Shown one piece after another: positions 50,212 to 59,770 of a DNA stretch of 64,000 nucleotides (position 1 is its first letter; every line of letters starts with the position of its first letter). This stretch comes from Flavobacteriaceae bacterium UBA5534 (GTDB taxonomy: Bacteria > Bacteroidota > Bacteroidia > Flavobacteriales > Flavobacteriaceae). The stretch is taken from NCBI GenBank assembly GCA_002426015.1, contig DINS01000021.1, positions 38,513 through 102,512 on the forward strand, in the 5' to 3' direction. Below the pieces are notes generated by a model. The model had not been told where the DNA came from, searched no databases, and saw nothing but the letters and a program-made list of their open reading frames with translations. Made by a program: the position numbers and the translations under genes.

Positions 50212-52599
50212 ATGTTTAAATTATTTACAAAAAGCTTTTGGGAAATCGTTGCGCGACTGATTTTGCGTAACAAAATAGGGATACTTATTGTCATCGCATT
50301 GATGACCCTTTTTCTAGCCACAAAGTGGGAAAACATGCGTTTTACCTACACAGAAGCCAATTTGCTACCCTATGACCATGAGGTAAATATTACTTACCAG
50401 GAGTTTTTAGATGTGTTTGGCGAAGAAGGCAATCTTATCGTATTAGGCGTTAAGGATTCTTCCCTGTTTACAGTTGAGAAGTTGAACGCTTGGAATCGTC
50501 TCTCTGAAAGTTTTAAAACTTATAGCGAAGTCGAATCTGTCCTATCAATTAAGGATTTACAAAAGTTAGTCAAAAACACCCAAAAAGAAACCTTTGAGTT
50601 GGAGCCTTTTATCAAGGATTCACTGCATTCTATAGCTCAAATAGATACACTAAAGCAACAACTTTTTGAGCAATATCCATTTTATGATAACTTTTTGTTC
50701 AATAACGACACCAAAACCATCCGAACTGCCATTTATCTAAAAAAAGATATTGTCAACACAGCAGCTCGTAAAGATTTTGTGATTGATGTCCTGGAACAAA
50801 GAGTCGCTGATTTTGAAGCAGCCAACAATTTGGATGTTCGCGTTTCTGGGATGCCTTATATAAGAACTTTAAATGCCCAAAACATTGTTGACGAAATAGG
50901 ATTGTTTGTAGCTGCTGCACTGTTAGTAACTTCCCTCATTTTCTTTTTCTTTTTTAGATCGTTTAGAGCCACCTTTATTTCGCTTATCGTAGTGAGTGTT
51001 GGTGTTATGTGGACATTGGGAATTATTGGTTTACTTAATTATGAAATAACTGTTTTAACCGCCTTAATTCCTCCTTTGATTATCGTTATAGGAATTCCTA
51101 ACTGTATTTTTCTTATCAACAAATATCAAAATGAGGTTAAATCTCATGGTAATAAGGTCAAATCGTTACAGCGAGTCATTACAAAAATTGGAAACGCCAC
51201 CTTGATGACCAACATCACAACTGCTTCTGGTTTTGCAACTTTCATTCTCACAGAAAGCACCTTGTTAAAAGAGTTTGGTATTGTGGCCTCTTTGAGCATC
51301 ATCGCTATTTTTATGCTGTGCCTGCTCATTATCCCTATCATTTACAGTTTCATGCCTTACCCAAAAGATCGACATTTAGAACATTTAAACAGACGTTGGA
51401 TTGGTGGTTTTGTCAACTGGATAGAACGCATGGTCAAAGAGCGACGGATTACGATTTATTTCTCGGCAGTCATCTTATTGGTTTTAAGCATTATCGGCAT
51501 TTTCCAAATACGTATTTCTGGTAGTCTTATTGAAGATATGCCAAAAAATGCTGAATTTTTTGAAGACATCCGTTTTTTTGAAGATGAGTTCAATGGTGTG
51601 ATGCCTCTCGAAATTGTTGTAGATACCAAACGCAAAAAAGGGGTTATGAAGTTGAGCACGCTTAAGCGTATGAACGAGCTAGAGGAGTTGATCGATGAAA
51701 TTCCAGAGTTATCTCGTCCAATATCTGTGGTTAGCCTTGTCAAGTATTCTAAACAAGCCTATTATAATGGCAACCCAAAATATTATCAATTACCAACAAG
51801 TCAAGAAAACAGTTTCATTTTATCATATGCCAAAAACTCATCTTCTGAAGCTAACCTTCTTAAAAACTTCGTAGATAGCACAGGTCGATATGCTCGAATC
51901 ACCACCTTTATGAAAGATATAGGCACAGATAAAATGGAGGATATCGAAGATGATCTACAGGCTAAAATCGACAAAGTTCTTCCTGCCGAAAATTATAATG
52001 TCACGATGACCGGAAAAGCTTTAGTTTTTCAAAAAGGGACCACCTATTTGGTAAAGAATTTAGCCATTTCATTATCGCTTGCCATTTTATTGATTTCGTT
52101 ATTTATGGCTTATATGTTCCGTTCGTTAAGAATGATATTGGTATCATTAATTCCAAACATCCTTCCATTGTTCATTACAGCTGGGTTAATGGGATATTTT
52201 GGAGTCCCTATAAAACCATCGACTATTTTGGTGTTTAGCATCGCTTTGGGGATTTCAGTAGATGACACCATTCACTTTTTAGCAAAATACCGACAAGAAC
52301 TTCAAGCCAATCATTGGAAAATCAGAAAGTCAGTTTATGGCGCACTACGCGAAACTGGTGTAAGTATGTTTTACACCTCCATTGTGTTGTTTTTTGGGTT
52401 TTCAGTTTTCACAATTTCAAGTTTCGGCGGAACCGTTGCGCTTGGCGCATTGGTATCTATGACCCTTTTATTTGCCATGCTTTCTAATTTGCTCTTATTG
52501 CCTTCTCTTTTACTATCATTAGAACGCAGTATTGCCAATAAAGAAGTATTAAAAGAACCATCCATCAATATTATTCCAGAAGATGATGATGAGGACTAA
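50212..52599 (+). CDS. RND superfamily transporter, MMPL/HpnN-like (two sterol-sensing-domain-like TM bundles)
   Basis: 795 aa. Two repeats, each a TM helix, a large loop and a 5-TM bundle. No adjacent periplasmic adaptor or TolC-like gene. Confidence 0.8.
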   Translation: MFKLFTKSFWEIVARLILRNKIGILIVIALMTLFLATKWENMRFTYTEANLLPYDHEVNITYQEFLDVFGEEGNLIVLGVKDSSLFTVEKLNAWNRLSESFKTYSEVESVLSIKDLQKLVKNTQKETFELEPFIKDSLHSIAQIDTLKQQLFEQYPFYDNFLFNNDTKTIRTAIYLKKDIVNTAARKDFVIDVLEQRVADFEAANNLDVRVSGMPYIRTLNAQNIVDEIGLFVAAALLVTSLIFFFFFRSFRATFISLIVVSVGVMWTLGIIGLLNYEITVLTALIPPLIIVIGIPNCIFLINKYQNEVKSHGNKVKSLQRVITKIGNATLMTNITTASGFATFILTESTLLKEFGIVASLSIIAIFMLCLLIIPIIYSFMPYPKDRHLEHLNRRWIGGFVNWIERMVKERRITIYFSAVILLVLSIIGIFQIRISGSLIEDMPKNAEFFEDIRFFEDEFNGVMPLEIVVDTKRKKGVMKLSTLKRMNELEELIDEIPELSRPISVVSLVKYSKQAYYNGNPKYYQLPTSQENSFILSYAKNSSSEANLLKNFVDSTGRYARITTFMKDIGTDKMEDIEDDLQAKIDKVLPAENYNVTMTGKALVFQKGTTYLVKNLAISLSLAILLISLFMAYMFRSLRMILVSLIPNILPLFITAGLMGYFGVPIKPSTILVFSIALGISVDDTIHFLAKYRQELQANHWKIRKSVYGALRETGVSMFYTSIVLFFGFSVFTISSFGGTVALGALVSMTLLFAMLSNLLLLPSLLLSLERSIANKEVLKEPSINIIPEDDDED

Positions 52600-52664
52600 A
52601 TTTTAAAATTCCAAATTTCAATTCCCGAATATTTTGGGTTTGTTTTTTGATGTTTTGGATATTG

Positions 52665-52684
52665 AAAGCCGAAAGGCTTTTTTT
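52665..52684 (+). terminator. intrinsic terminator after the RND gene
   Basis: AAAGCCgaaaGGCTTT followed by tttt. Confidence 0.6.
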
Positions 52685-52691
52685 ATCTTTG
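52684..52691 (+). promoter_or_regulatory. -7 box TATCTTTG upstream of asnS
   Basis: Perfect TAnnTTTG 20 nt before the ATG at 52712. An ATTG lies 19 nt upstream of it. Confidence 0.4.
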
Positions 52692-52711
52692 CACCTTTAA
52701 AATAAATTATA

Positions 52712-54145
52712 ATGACATCACAAACTATTGCTGGTTTATTAAAAACGGAAGCAAAATCTCAAGATATAGAAATCAAAGGTTGGGTTCGTACCTTCAGAGC
52801 CAATCGTTTTATTGCGCTAAATGATGGCTCTACATTACAAAATATTCAATGTGTTGTCGATTTTGAAAAAATGGATGAAACCATTTTGAAGCGCATCACA
52901 ACAGGAGCGGCTCTACATATCAAAGGACAGTTGGTAGAAAGCCAAGGGAAAGGCCAAAGTGTTGAAATCGTCGTTACTTCTGTAAAAATACTTGGCGATT
53001 CTGACCCAGAAACTTATCCAATTCAGCCTAAAAAGCACTCGTTTGAATTCTTACGTGAAAATGCACATTTACGCACACGAACCAACACTTTTAGCGCTGT
53101 GATGCGTTTACGCTCAACCTTATCATTTGCTATCCATAAGTATTTCAACGACCATGGTTTTTACTACATGCACACGCCTATCATTACAGGAAGTGATGCC
53201 GAAGGTGCTGGCGAAATGTTTAGAGTGAGCAATCTCGATGCAAAAAATCCACCTTTAAATGAGGATGGCACTGTGAATTATAAAGAAGATTTCTTTGGAA
53301 AAGAAACCAACTTAACCGTTTCTGGCCAATTGGAAGCTGAAACTTATGCGATGTCATTAGGGAAAGTTTACACATTTGGCCCAACTTTTAGAGCCGAAAA
53401 CTCCAATACATCTCGTCATTTAGCGGAGTTTTGGATGATTGAACCAGAAGTGGCTTTTATGGATTTGGCAGGCAATATGGACTTGGCGGAAGACTTTATG
53501 AAATCGGTTTTAAAATATGCCTTGGAACACAATCGTGAAGATTTAGAGTTTTTAGAACAACGATTATTGGACGAAGAAAAAACCAAACCACAAGCCGAAC
53601 GTTCTGAAATGAGCCTAATTGAAAAAATCAATTTTGTGGTTGACAACCACTTTAAGCGTGTAAGTTATACCGAAGCTATTGAGATTTTAAAAGACTCTAA
53701 ACCAAACAAAAAGAAACAGTTCAAATATATTATTGATGAATGGGGAGCCGACTTGCAAAGTGAACACGAACGCTTTTTGGTAGAAAAACACTTTAAATGT
53801 CCAGTGATTCTATTTGATTATCCAGCCAATATCAAAGCGTTTTATATGCGTTTGAATGAAGAAGGAAAAACCGTTCGTGCCATGGATATTTTATTTCCAG
53901 GTATTGGTGAAATGGTCGGAGGCTCACAACGTGAGGAACGTTTGGACGTATTGAAAGCAAAAATGAAGGCTCTTGATATTGATGAAGAAGAACTGTGGTG
54001 GTACCTCGATTTGCGAAAATATGGAACCGCTGTTCATTCTGGTTTTGGGCTTGGCTTTGAACGCTTAGTAATGTTTGCAACAGGAATGGGCAACATTCGA
54101 GATGTGATTCCTTATCCAAGAACACCTCAAAATGCCGAGTTTTAA
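52712..54145 (+). CDS. asnS: asparagine--tRNA ligase
   Basis: 477 aa class IIb synthetase (FRAENSNTSRHLAEFWMIEPE, GFGLGFERL). Confidence 0.95.
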   Translation: MTSQTIAGLLKTEAKSQDIEIKGWVRTFRANRFIALNDGSTLQNIQCVVDFEKMDETILKRITTGAALHIKGQLVESQGKGQSVEIVVTSVKILGDSDPETYPIQPKKHSFEFLRENAHLRTRTNTFSAVMRLRSTLSFAIHKYFNDHGFYYMHTPIITGSDAEGAGEMFRVSNLDAKNPPLNEDGTVNYKEDFFGKETNLTVSGQLEAETYAMSLGKVYTFGPTFRAENSNTSRHLAEFWMIEPEVAFMDLAGNMDLAEDFMKSVLKYALEHNREDLEFLEQRLLDEEKTKPQAERSEMSLIEKINFVVDNHFKRVSYTEAIEILKDSKPNKKKQFKYIIDEWGADLQSEHERFLVEKHFKCPVILFDYPANIKAFYMRLNEEGKTVRAMDILFPGIGEMVGGSQREERLDVLKAKMKALDIDEEELWWYLDLRKYGTAVHSGFGLGFERLVMFATGMGNIRDVIPYPRTPQNAEF

Positions 54146-54170
54146 TAAAAAATTAAGCTAATCATATTAT

Positions 54171-54211
54171 AAAACAATCTATATTTATCACTTATATAGA
54201 TTGTTTTTTTT
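54171..54211 (+). terminator. intrinsic terminator after asnS
   Basis: AACAATCTATATttatcactTATATAGATTGTT followed by ttttttt. Confidence 0.75.
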
Positions 54212-54238
54212 AATTTTAAAGTCATTCAAATTTTATAT

Positions 54239-55705
54239 ATGCTTAAACAGTATTTACAGTTCAAATTGTCACAAAAATTGTCGCCTCAACAGATTCAGTT
54301 GATGAAACTGATTCAGTTGCCCACACAAGCATTTGAACAACGTTTAAAGCAAGAAATGGAAGAAAACCCAGCCCTTGAGGGAGGAAAAGAAGACAATGAC
54401 GATGAGTTTGGTGACTCTTTTGATGAATTTGACAATACAGACGACAACTACGACGATACAGAAACCATTGGTGAAGATATCAACGTAGATGAATATTTGA
54501 GTGATGATGATATTCCTGATTATCGCACACAGACCAGTAATTATAGTGCTGACGATGACGACAAAGACATCCCTTTTGCAGCAGGCACTTCGTTTACACA
54601 ATACTTAACAAACCAACTAAACACCTTTCGTTTATCAGATGACGAACGTGATATTGCTGAATTTTTGGTAGGCAGTGTAGATGAAAGTGGTTACATACGT
54701 CGGTCTTTGGCTGATATTGCAGATGATTTGGCATTTACCCAAAATGTCTATACAGATGAAAAGAGTATTGAAAAAGTGCTTCACATTGTTCATCAGTTAG
54801 ATCCTGCAGGTGTTGGTGCTCGTAACCTTCAAGAATGTTTGAGTATTCAATTACATAGAAAAGAAAAAAATCCAGATGTCGAATTAGCTATTGCAATCAT
54901 TGATAAAGCTTTTGATCAATTCACAAAAAAGCACTACAAAAAACTCATTCAAAAGTTTGACATTACCGAAATGCAGCTAAAAGATGCTATAGACGAAATA
55001 GAGCATTTGAACCCAAAACCAGGAGGTTCATACTCTGGAAATAACAAAATGGTCGAACATATCGTTCCTGATTTTGCCATTAAAATTGTTGATGGTGAAC
55101 TTGAGCTAACATTAAACGGTCGAAATGCACCAGAACTTCATGTCTCTCGTGAATATACTGACATGATGAAAGGCTACAAGGAAGCCAAAGACAAGTCAAA
55201 ATCACAAAAAGATGCCGTTATCTTTATCAAACAAAAATTAGATGCAGCCAAATGGTTTATTGAAGCCATCAAACAACGCCAACAAACCTTGTTTGTTACC
55301 ATGAGTGCCATCATGCACTATCAGAAAGACTATTTTTTAACTGGTGATGAAACCAAGTTAAAGCCAATGATTCTTAAGGATATTGCCGACGAGATAGAAA
55401 TGGACGTCTCTACAGTATCTCGTGTAGCTAACAGTAAATATGTGGACACGCCTTATGGCACAAAACTTATTAAAGAATTCTTTTCAGAATCGATGACCAA
55501 TGACCAAGGTGAGGAGGTATCGACTCGAGAAATCAAAAAAATATTAGAAACGGTTATCGAAGACGAAAACAAACGCAAGCCATTGACAGACGATAAATTG
55601 GCAGCCATTTTATTGGAAAAAGGCTATCCTATTGCGCGACGTACGGTTGCAAAATATAGAGAACAATTGGATATTCCTGTCGCAAGGTTAAGGAAGAAAA
55701 TATGA
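54239..55705 (+). CDS. rpoN: RNA polymerase sigma-54 factor
   Basis: 488 aa. Acidic region II, then an RpoN box-like ARRTVAKYR near the C-terminus. Confidence 0.93.
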   Translation: MLKQYLQFKLSQKLSPQQIQLMKLIQLPTQAFEQRLKQEMEENPALEGGKEDNDDEFGDSFDEFDNTDDNYDDTETIGEDINVDEYLSDDDIPDYRTQTSNYSADDDDKDIPFAAGTSFTQYLTNQLNTFRLSDDERDIAEFLVGSVDESGYIRRSLADIADDLAFTQNVYTDEKSIEKVLHIVHQLDPAGVGARNLQECLSIQLHRKEKNPDVELAIAIIDKAFDQFTKKHYKKLIQKFDITEMQLKDAIDEIEHLNPKPGGSYSGNNKMVEHIVPDFAIKIVDGELELTLNGRNAPELHVSREYTDMMKGYKEAKDKSKSQKDAVIFIKQKLDAAKWFIEAIKQRQQTLFVTMSAIMHYQKDYFLTGDETKLKPMILKDIADEIEMDVSTVSRVANSKYVDTPYGTKLIKEFFSESMTNDQGEEVSTREIKKILETVIEDENKRKPLTDDKLAAILLEKGYPIARRTVAKYREQLDIPVARLRKKI

Positions 55706-56310
55706 TCGATCGTGTACTAAAAAGTATTTCATTTATTTTTCATCCTATCATCATGCCTTTGTTGGGTGTGTTATTTTATTTCTCTAAAACACCACGTTTT
55801 ATTCCAGATCCTGTGATTAAAGCAAAAGTATTCTCTGTAGCGATACTTACACTCATACTGCCAATATTAATTTATTATCTTCTAAAAACATTAAAAACTG
55901 TCGATTCTGTCTATTTAGAAAGCACTAGAGAGCGTATTGCGCCATTGTTGATCAATTGTGCCATTGTGACACTTATCCTTTACAGAGTGCTGCCATATAA
56001 CGAGGTGGAAGAGTTGTATTATTTTTTTGTTGGTGTCCTTTGTTCTACTTTAGCTTGTTTGATTTTGGCAATCTTAAAATTTAAAGCGAGCATCCATATG
56101 ATTGCAGCATCTGGATTTTTTATGTTTGCCGTTGCCTTGAGTATCCATTTCAAAATTAATATCAACGGAACAATTGCTTTGATGTGTATTATTTTGGGAG
56201 CCATTGCAACTTCGAGATTACACCTTAAAGCCCATACGAATATCGAATTGATTATTGGTTTTTTTATTGGATTGTTACCTCAACTCATCATACTCAACTA
56301 TTGGTTGTAA
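55702..56310 (+). CDS. hypothetical polytopic membrane protein
   Basis: 202 aa with about 6 TM helices. ATGA overlap with the rpoN stop codon. Confidence 0.45.
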   Translation: MIDRVLKSISFIFHPIIMPLLGVLFYFSKTPRFIPDPVIKAKVFSVAILTLILPILIYYLLKTLKTVDSVYLESTRERIAPLLINCAIVTLILYRVLPYNEVEELYYFFVGVLCSTLACLILAILKFKASIHMIAASGFFMFAVALSIHFKININGTIALMCIILGAIATSRLHLKAHTNIELIIGFFIGLLPQLIILNYWL

Positions 56311-56373
56311 GTAGATTATAAAATCTTTTAGCTGTTAGAGCCAAGAATCACAGCAAAAAATGCAGGTTAAAAG

Positions 56374-57069
56374 CTATAAAATATAAAACATCAATCCAAT
56401 TTTGATGCTACTTGTATCGATTGATTCTCCATTGAGTTTTGCCGAGTTTTTAAAAATGGGATTTAGTCCATAATACACATGAAAATTCCATGTAGAATAC
56501 CCTAAACTTAAGGTAAGACCGTACCGCAGTTTTTCAATGTCATCGATAGCTGTGCTTTTAATGGTGCCCAAATCACCTTTATATTTTGAAGAGTTAGCAA
56601 CCACATAGCCAAATTTAACTCCTGTATAAACTCTCCAGAATGTATAATCGGCAGCTGTTGAAGTACGCCATCTAAACTCTAATGGCGCCTCAACCACATA
56701 AGTAGTAAACTTATTTTTGCTAAAAGCTCCTTCAATGGGAGAGTAATTCAAGTTATTAGAATCATCTTTCTCGATGAGCATATTTTGGTTATAGGAATTG
56801 GATGAAAGACCTAGGCCAATCCCTATAGCGAGATTTCGTTTGTCATTAATAGGCATGTCTCTAATAAACCCTAGATGAAATCCGCTAGAAAACCCGCTTT
56901 GTGACATTCCGCTTGGCTTATTATTTAAAAGATTATAAGTTACAGATACATAAAACTGGTCTTCTCTGTAACGTGTGTCTATTTTGGTATAATCAACAAC
57001 TTTCTCCTCTTGAGAAAAGCAAGAGAGGGTTATGAGTAATAAAAATATAAATAAAACATTCTTATTCAT
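56374..57069 (-). CDS. outer-membrane beta-barrel (porin-family) protein
   Basis: 231 aa with a signal peptide, alternating beta-strand pattern and an aromatic-rich C-terminus. Confidence 0.6.
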   Translation of the reverse strand: MNKNVLFIFLLLITLSCFSQEEKVVDYTKIDTRYREDQFYVSVTYNLLNNKPSGMSQSGFSSGFHLGFIRDMPINDKRNLAIGIGLGLSSNSYNQNMLIEKDDSNNLNYSPIEGAFSKNKFTTYVVEAPLEFRWRTSTAADYTFWRVYTGVKFGYVVANSSKYKGDLGTIKSTAIDDIEKLRYGLTLSLGYSTWNFHVYYGLNPIFKNSAKLNGESIDTSSIKIGLMFYIL

Positions 57070-57107
57070 ATTACAAATATAATTATTAGAGCTTTAAGAA
57101 TTGGATT

Positions 57108-57142
57108 AAAAAAAACATCCTGAATAAATTATATCCAGGATG
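57108..57142 (-). terminator. intrinsic terminator after the exbB-exbD operon
   Basis: The minus strand reads CATCCTGgatataatttattCAGGATG followed by TTTTTTTT. Confidence 0.7.
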
Positions 57143-57169
57143 CTTTAAAAGTATTTCTAACAAATAAAA

Positions 57170-57661
57170 TTAATAGTTTCCTTTTTTGTTTGCTGATATG
57201 TCACCTTCACGAGTGGTGTAGTTTATTTTTAAAGCATTTGCTTTACGCAATTCTTGCTTTATATCTCCTATCAATCCCATATTGGCTTCTTTATCAACTT
57301 TTAATGCTGCAGTAAGATAGTCTCTCAACTCTTCACGTTTACTAGCGCGTTCTGCCGCTACAAAAGCTTGAATATCGCTAACATCAGCAAATTTATCATT
57401 CAACTGAATACGAGATTCTTTACCATATTTACCTTGAAATCTTTCTTGAGGTTGTCCTGCATAAATGTACATGATCAAATCTTTCTTATCTAGTTTTTCA
57501 ACTTCTGTTGCACTAGGTAGTCTGTTTTCAATCATCAACGTGTTTTCACGCATTACAGTAGCAACCATAAAAAAGAATAGTAGCATAAATACAATATCTG
57601 GTAAGGATGCTGTAGATATGGCTGGTAATTCTCCCGATTTTTTCTTTTTAAATTTAGACAT
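57170..57661 (-). CDS. exbD: ExbD/TolR family biopolymer transport protein
   Basis: 163 aa with an N-terminal anchor LPDIVFMLLFFFMV. Confidence 0.8.
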   Translation of the reverse strand: MSKFKKKKSGELPAISTASLPDIVFMLLFFFMVATVMRENTLMIENRLPSATEVEKLDKKDLIMYIYAGQPQERFQGKYGKESRIQLNDKFADVSDIQAFVAAERASKREELRDYLTAALKVDKEANMGLIGDIKQELRKANALKINYTTREGDISANKKGNY

Positions 57662-57681
57662 AGAGTTTTATATTTTCTAAA

Positions 57682-58284
57682 TTAGTTTTGTACTTCAGAT
57701 AATTTTTGAGGATATTCAAGTTTTATCTTTTCGATTTTCTCTTTTAGTTTTTCTTTATTACCTGTAAAATTGACATCACTATAGCTCTTTTCCATTTCTT
57801 TAAATGAAACGCCATAAAGATCTTGAGCTCTTCTATCTCTTAATACATTATAAGCAGCTACTAATTCATTTTGAACAGAAATGTATGTTGCATAGGTCGT
57901 TTCTCTTTCATTTTTAAGAGAGATAATTGCTTTGTCTGGATTATCAGATGAAGCTGGGTCTTTTTTACCTTTACAGTAGCTACATGCGTCTTCTCCTTGA
58001 CCTCCACCATTATCTAGAAACTCAATTGCTGCTTTACGTAAATCTTTAAGTTCCATCAGTTCTTCTTCTACCAACAACTGATTGTCTTTACTGATCAATA
58101 CTGTAAATAAGTTTTTTTCTTTAATAATAGGTGGCTCTTGATTAGTCTCATCAATAGGAGGCAACTTACGACTGATACCAGAATCGGTTTCAATAGTTGT
58201 GGTTACCAAAAAGAAAATAAGAAGTAAAAACGCAATATCAGCCATTGAGCCTGCATTTACTTCGGGTGCTGATCGTTTTGCCAT
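57682..58284 (-). CDS. exbD: ExbD/TolR family biopolymer transport protein
   Basis: 200 aa with an N-terminal anchor MADIAFLLLIFFLV. Confidence 0.8.
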   Translation of the reverse strand: MAKRSAPEVNAGSMADIAFLLLIFFLVTTTIETDSGISRKLPPIDETNQEPPIIKEKNLFTVLISKDNQLLVEEELMELKDLRKAAIEFLDNGGGQGEDACSYCKGKKDPASSDNPDKAIISLKNERETTYATYISVQNELVAAYNVLRDRRAQDLYGVSFKEMEKSYSDVNFTGNKEKLKEKIEKIKLEYPQKLSEVQN

Positions 58285-58286
58285 AA

Positions 58287-58730
58287 TTATTTATTCATCA
58301 TTTTTTTGACTCCAGAGAACATCATTGCTCCTGCTGCAGCAATAACTAAAATATAAAAGGTTCTGATGCCTGTTTCTATCCATCTCGATTCTGAAGCTGT
58401 TAAGACATCTCCTCCATCGAGTGCTTGTTCTGTACCACTGGACATGACAAAAGCTACAATGACAACCAATGCAAATAAACCAACAGCAATCAATGCTTGC
58501 TTTAGTTTTGCAGGGCTAGACAATAAGTTTTTGACACTGAACAATAGTGTGATAATCGTTGTTATTGCCAACGTAATAATAGCTAAAGTGATAAATGATG
58601 AAACAATTCCTTGTTGCGAAGCATCAGCTTCAATAACTTCATCACCAATCATCATTATTCTTATCAAAAAGAATAACGCAATTACTCCAATTATTAGTAC
58701 AGCAATTTTTATTATTTTTTGTAAATTCAT
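58287..58730 (-). CDS. hypothetical 4-TM membrane protein inside the exbBD cluster
   Basis: 147 aa. 2-nt spacer to the downstream exbD gene. Confidence 0.5.
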   Translation of the reverse strand: MNLQKIIKIAVLIIGVIALFFLIRIMMIGDEVIEADASQQGIVSSFITLAIITLAITTIITLLFSVKNLLSSPAKLKQALIAVGLFALVVIVAFVMSSGTEQALDGGDVLTASESRWIETGIRTFYILVIAAAGAMMFSGVKKMMNK

Positions 58731-58760
58731 AAGTATTAATATTTGAAAATAATTGGATTA

Positions 58761-59534
58761 TTATTTTTTGTTTCTAATCAATAAATCCATAAGAGTTATT
58801 GAAGCATCTTCCATATCATTTACAATGCTATCGATTTTTGCAATAATATAGTTATAAAATACTTGAAGGATAATTGCTACAACAAGACCAAATACAGTTG
58901 TTAAAAGTGCTACTTTAATACCTCCAGCAACAAGTGATGGTTGCATATCTCCAGCAGCTTCAATTTTATCAAATGCTTGAATCATACCAATTACAGTTCC
59001 CATGAAACCAAGCATTGGTGCTAATGCAATAAATAATGAAATCCAAGAAACGTTTTTCTCTAATTGTCCCATTTGAACACCTCCATAAGCTACTACAGCT
59101 TTTTCAACGGCATCCATACCTTCGTCAGTTCTATCTAATCCTTGATAGAAAATAGAAGCAACAGGTCCTTTTGTGTTTCTGCAAACTTCTTTAGCTGCTT
59201 CAACTCCACCTGATTGTAAAGCGTCCTCAACGTTTTGAGTTAACTTTTTAGTGTTTGTAGTTGATAAGTTTAAAAAGATAATTCTCTCAATAGCAATTGC
59301 TAATCCAAGAATTAAACATAACAATACAATACCCATAAACCCAGGGCCTCCTTCAATAAAACGTTTTTTTAATTCTTGAGTAAACCCTAATTCAGGTTCA
59401 GCTGCAGCATCTGCATCTTGAATTGTTGTTGCAACAGTTGTTGCGCTTGACGTTGTAATAGCATTTGTATTTGCATTAACAGTCCCGAAAGCCATCATAC
59501 CTGCAATGGCTAGAATAGAAAATAATCTTTTCAT
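58761..59534 (-). CDS. exbB: MotA/TolQ/ExbB proton channel protein
   Basis: 257 aa with a signal peptide and a conserved C-terminal channel region (LGFMGTVIGMIQAF...GGIKVALLTTVFGL). Confidence 0.85.
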   Translation of the reverse strand: MKRLFSILAIAGMMAFGTVNANTNAITTSSATTVATTIQDADAAAEPELGFTQELKKRFIEGGPGFMGIVLLCLILGLAIAIERIIFLNLSTTNTKKLTQNVEDALQSGGVEAAKEVCRNTKGPVASIFYQGLDRTDEGMDAVEKAVVAYGGVQMGQLEKNVSWISLFIALAPMLGFMGTVIGMIQAFDKIEAAGDMQPSLVAGGIKVALLTTVFGLVVAIILQVFYNYIIAKIDSIVNDMEDASITLMDLLIRNKK

Positions 59535-59609
59535 TGTTCTTAATCTTAATTTTATTAGTTAAAGTGTTAAAGATATAAAAAATTTGCAATTAAAAAATAA
59601 AAATTACAG

Positions 59610-59697
59610 CAGAGAGGAAGGGATTCGAACCCTCGATACCCTTTTGGGGTATACACACTTTCCAGGCGTGCGCCTTCGACCGCTCGGCCACCTCTCT
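59610..59697 (-). tRNA. tRNA-Ser (anticodon GGA)
   Basis: The reverse complement AGAGAGGTGGCCGAGCGGTCGAAGGCGCACGCCTGGAAAGTGTG...GGTTCGAATCCCTTCCTCTCTG is 88 nt with a long variable arm. Anticodon loop is CTGGAAA. Confidence 0.9.
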
Positions 59698-59770
59698 AAA
59701 TTTGTACTCTTCAATTATAGTGTCAAATAAAGAAAAAAACTTTCAAGGCAAAAAATTTTGTTCGTTAATT

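Noticed and set aside
54380-54570. Asp-rich, GAT/GAC-repetitive stretch.
   Set aside because: It encodes the acidic region II of sigma-54, which is a normal feature of that protein.
59698-59770. Searched for a consensus promoter upstream of tRNA-Ser.
   Set aside because: Only a partial match (TATAATTG) was found, with no properly spaced TTTG. That is too weak to report as a feature.
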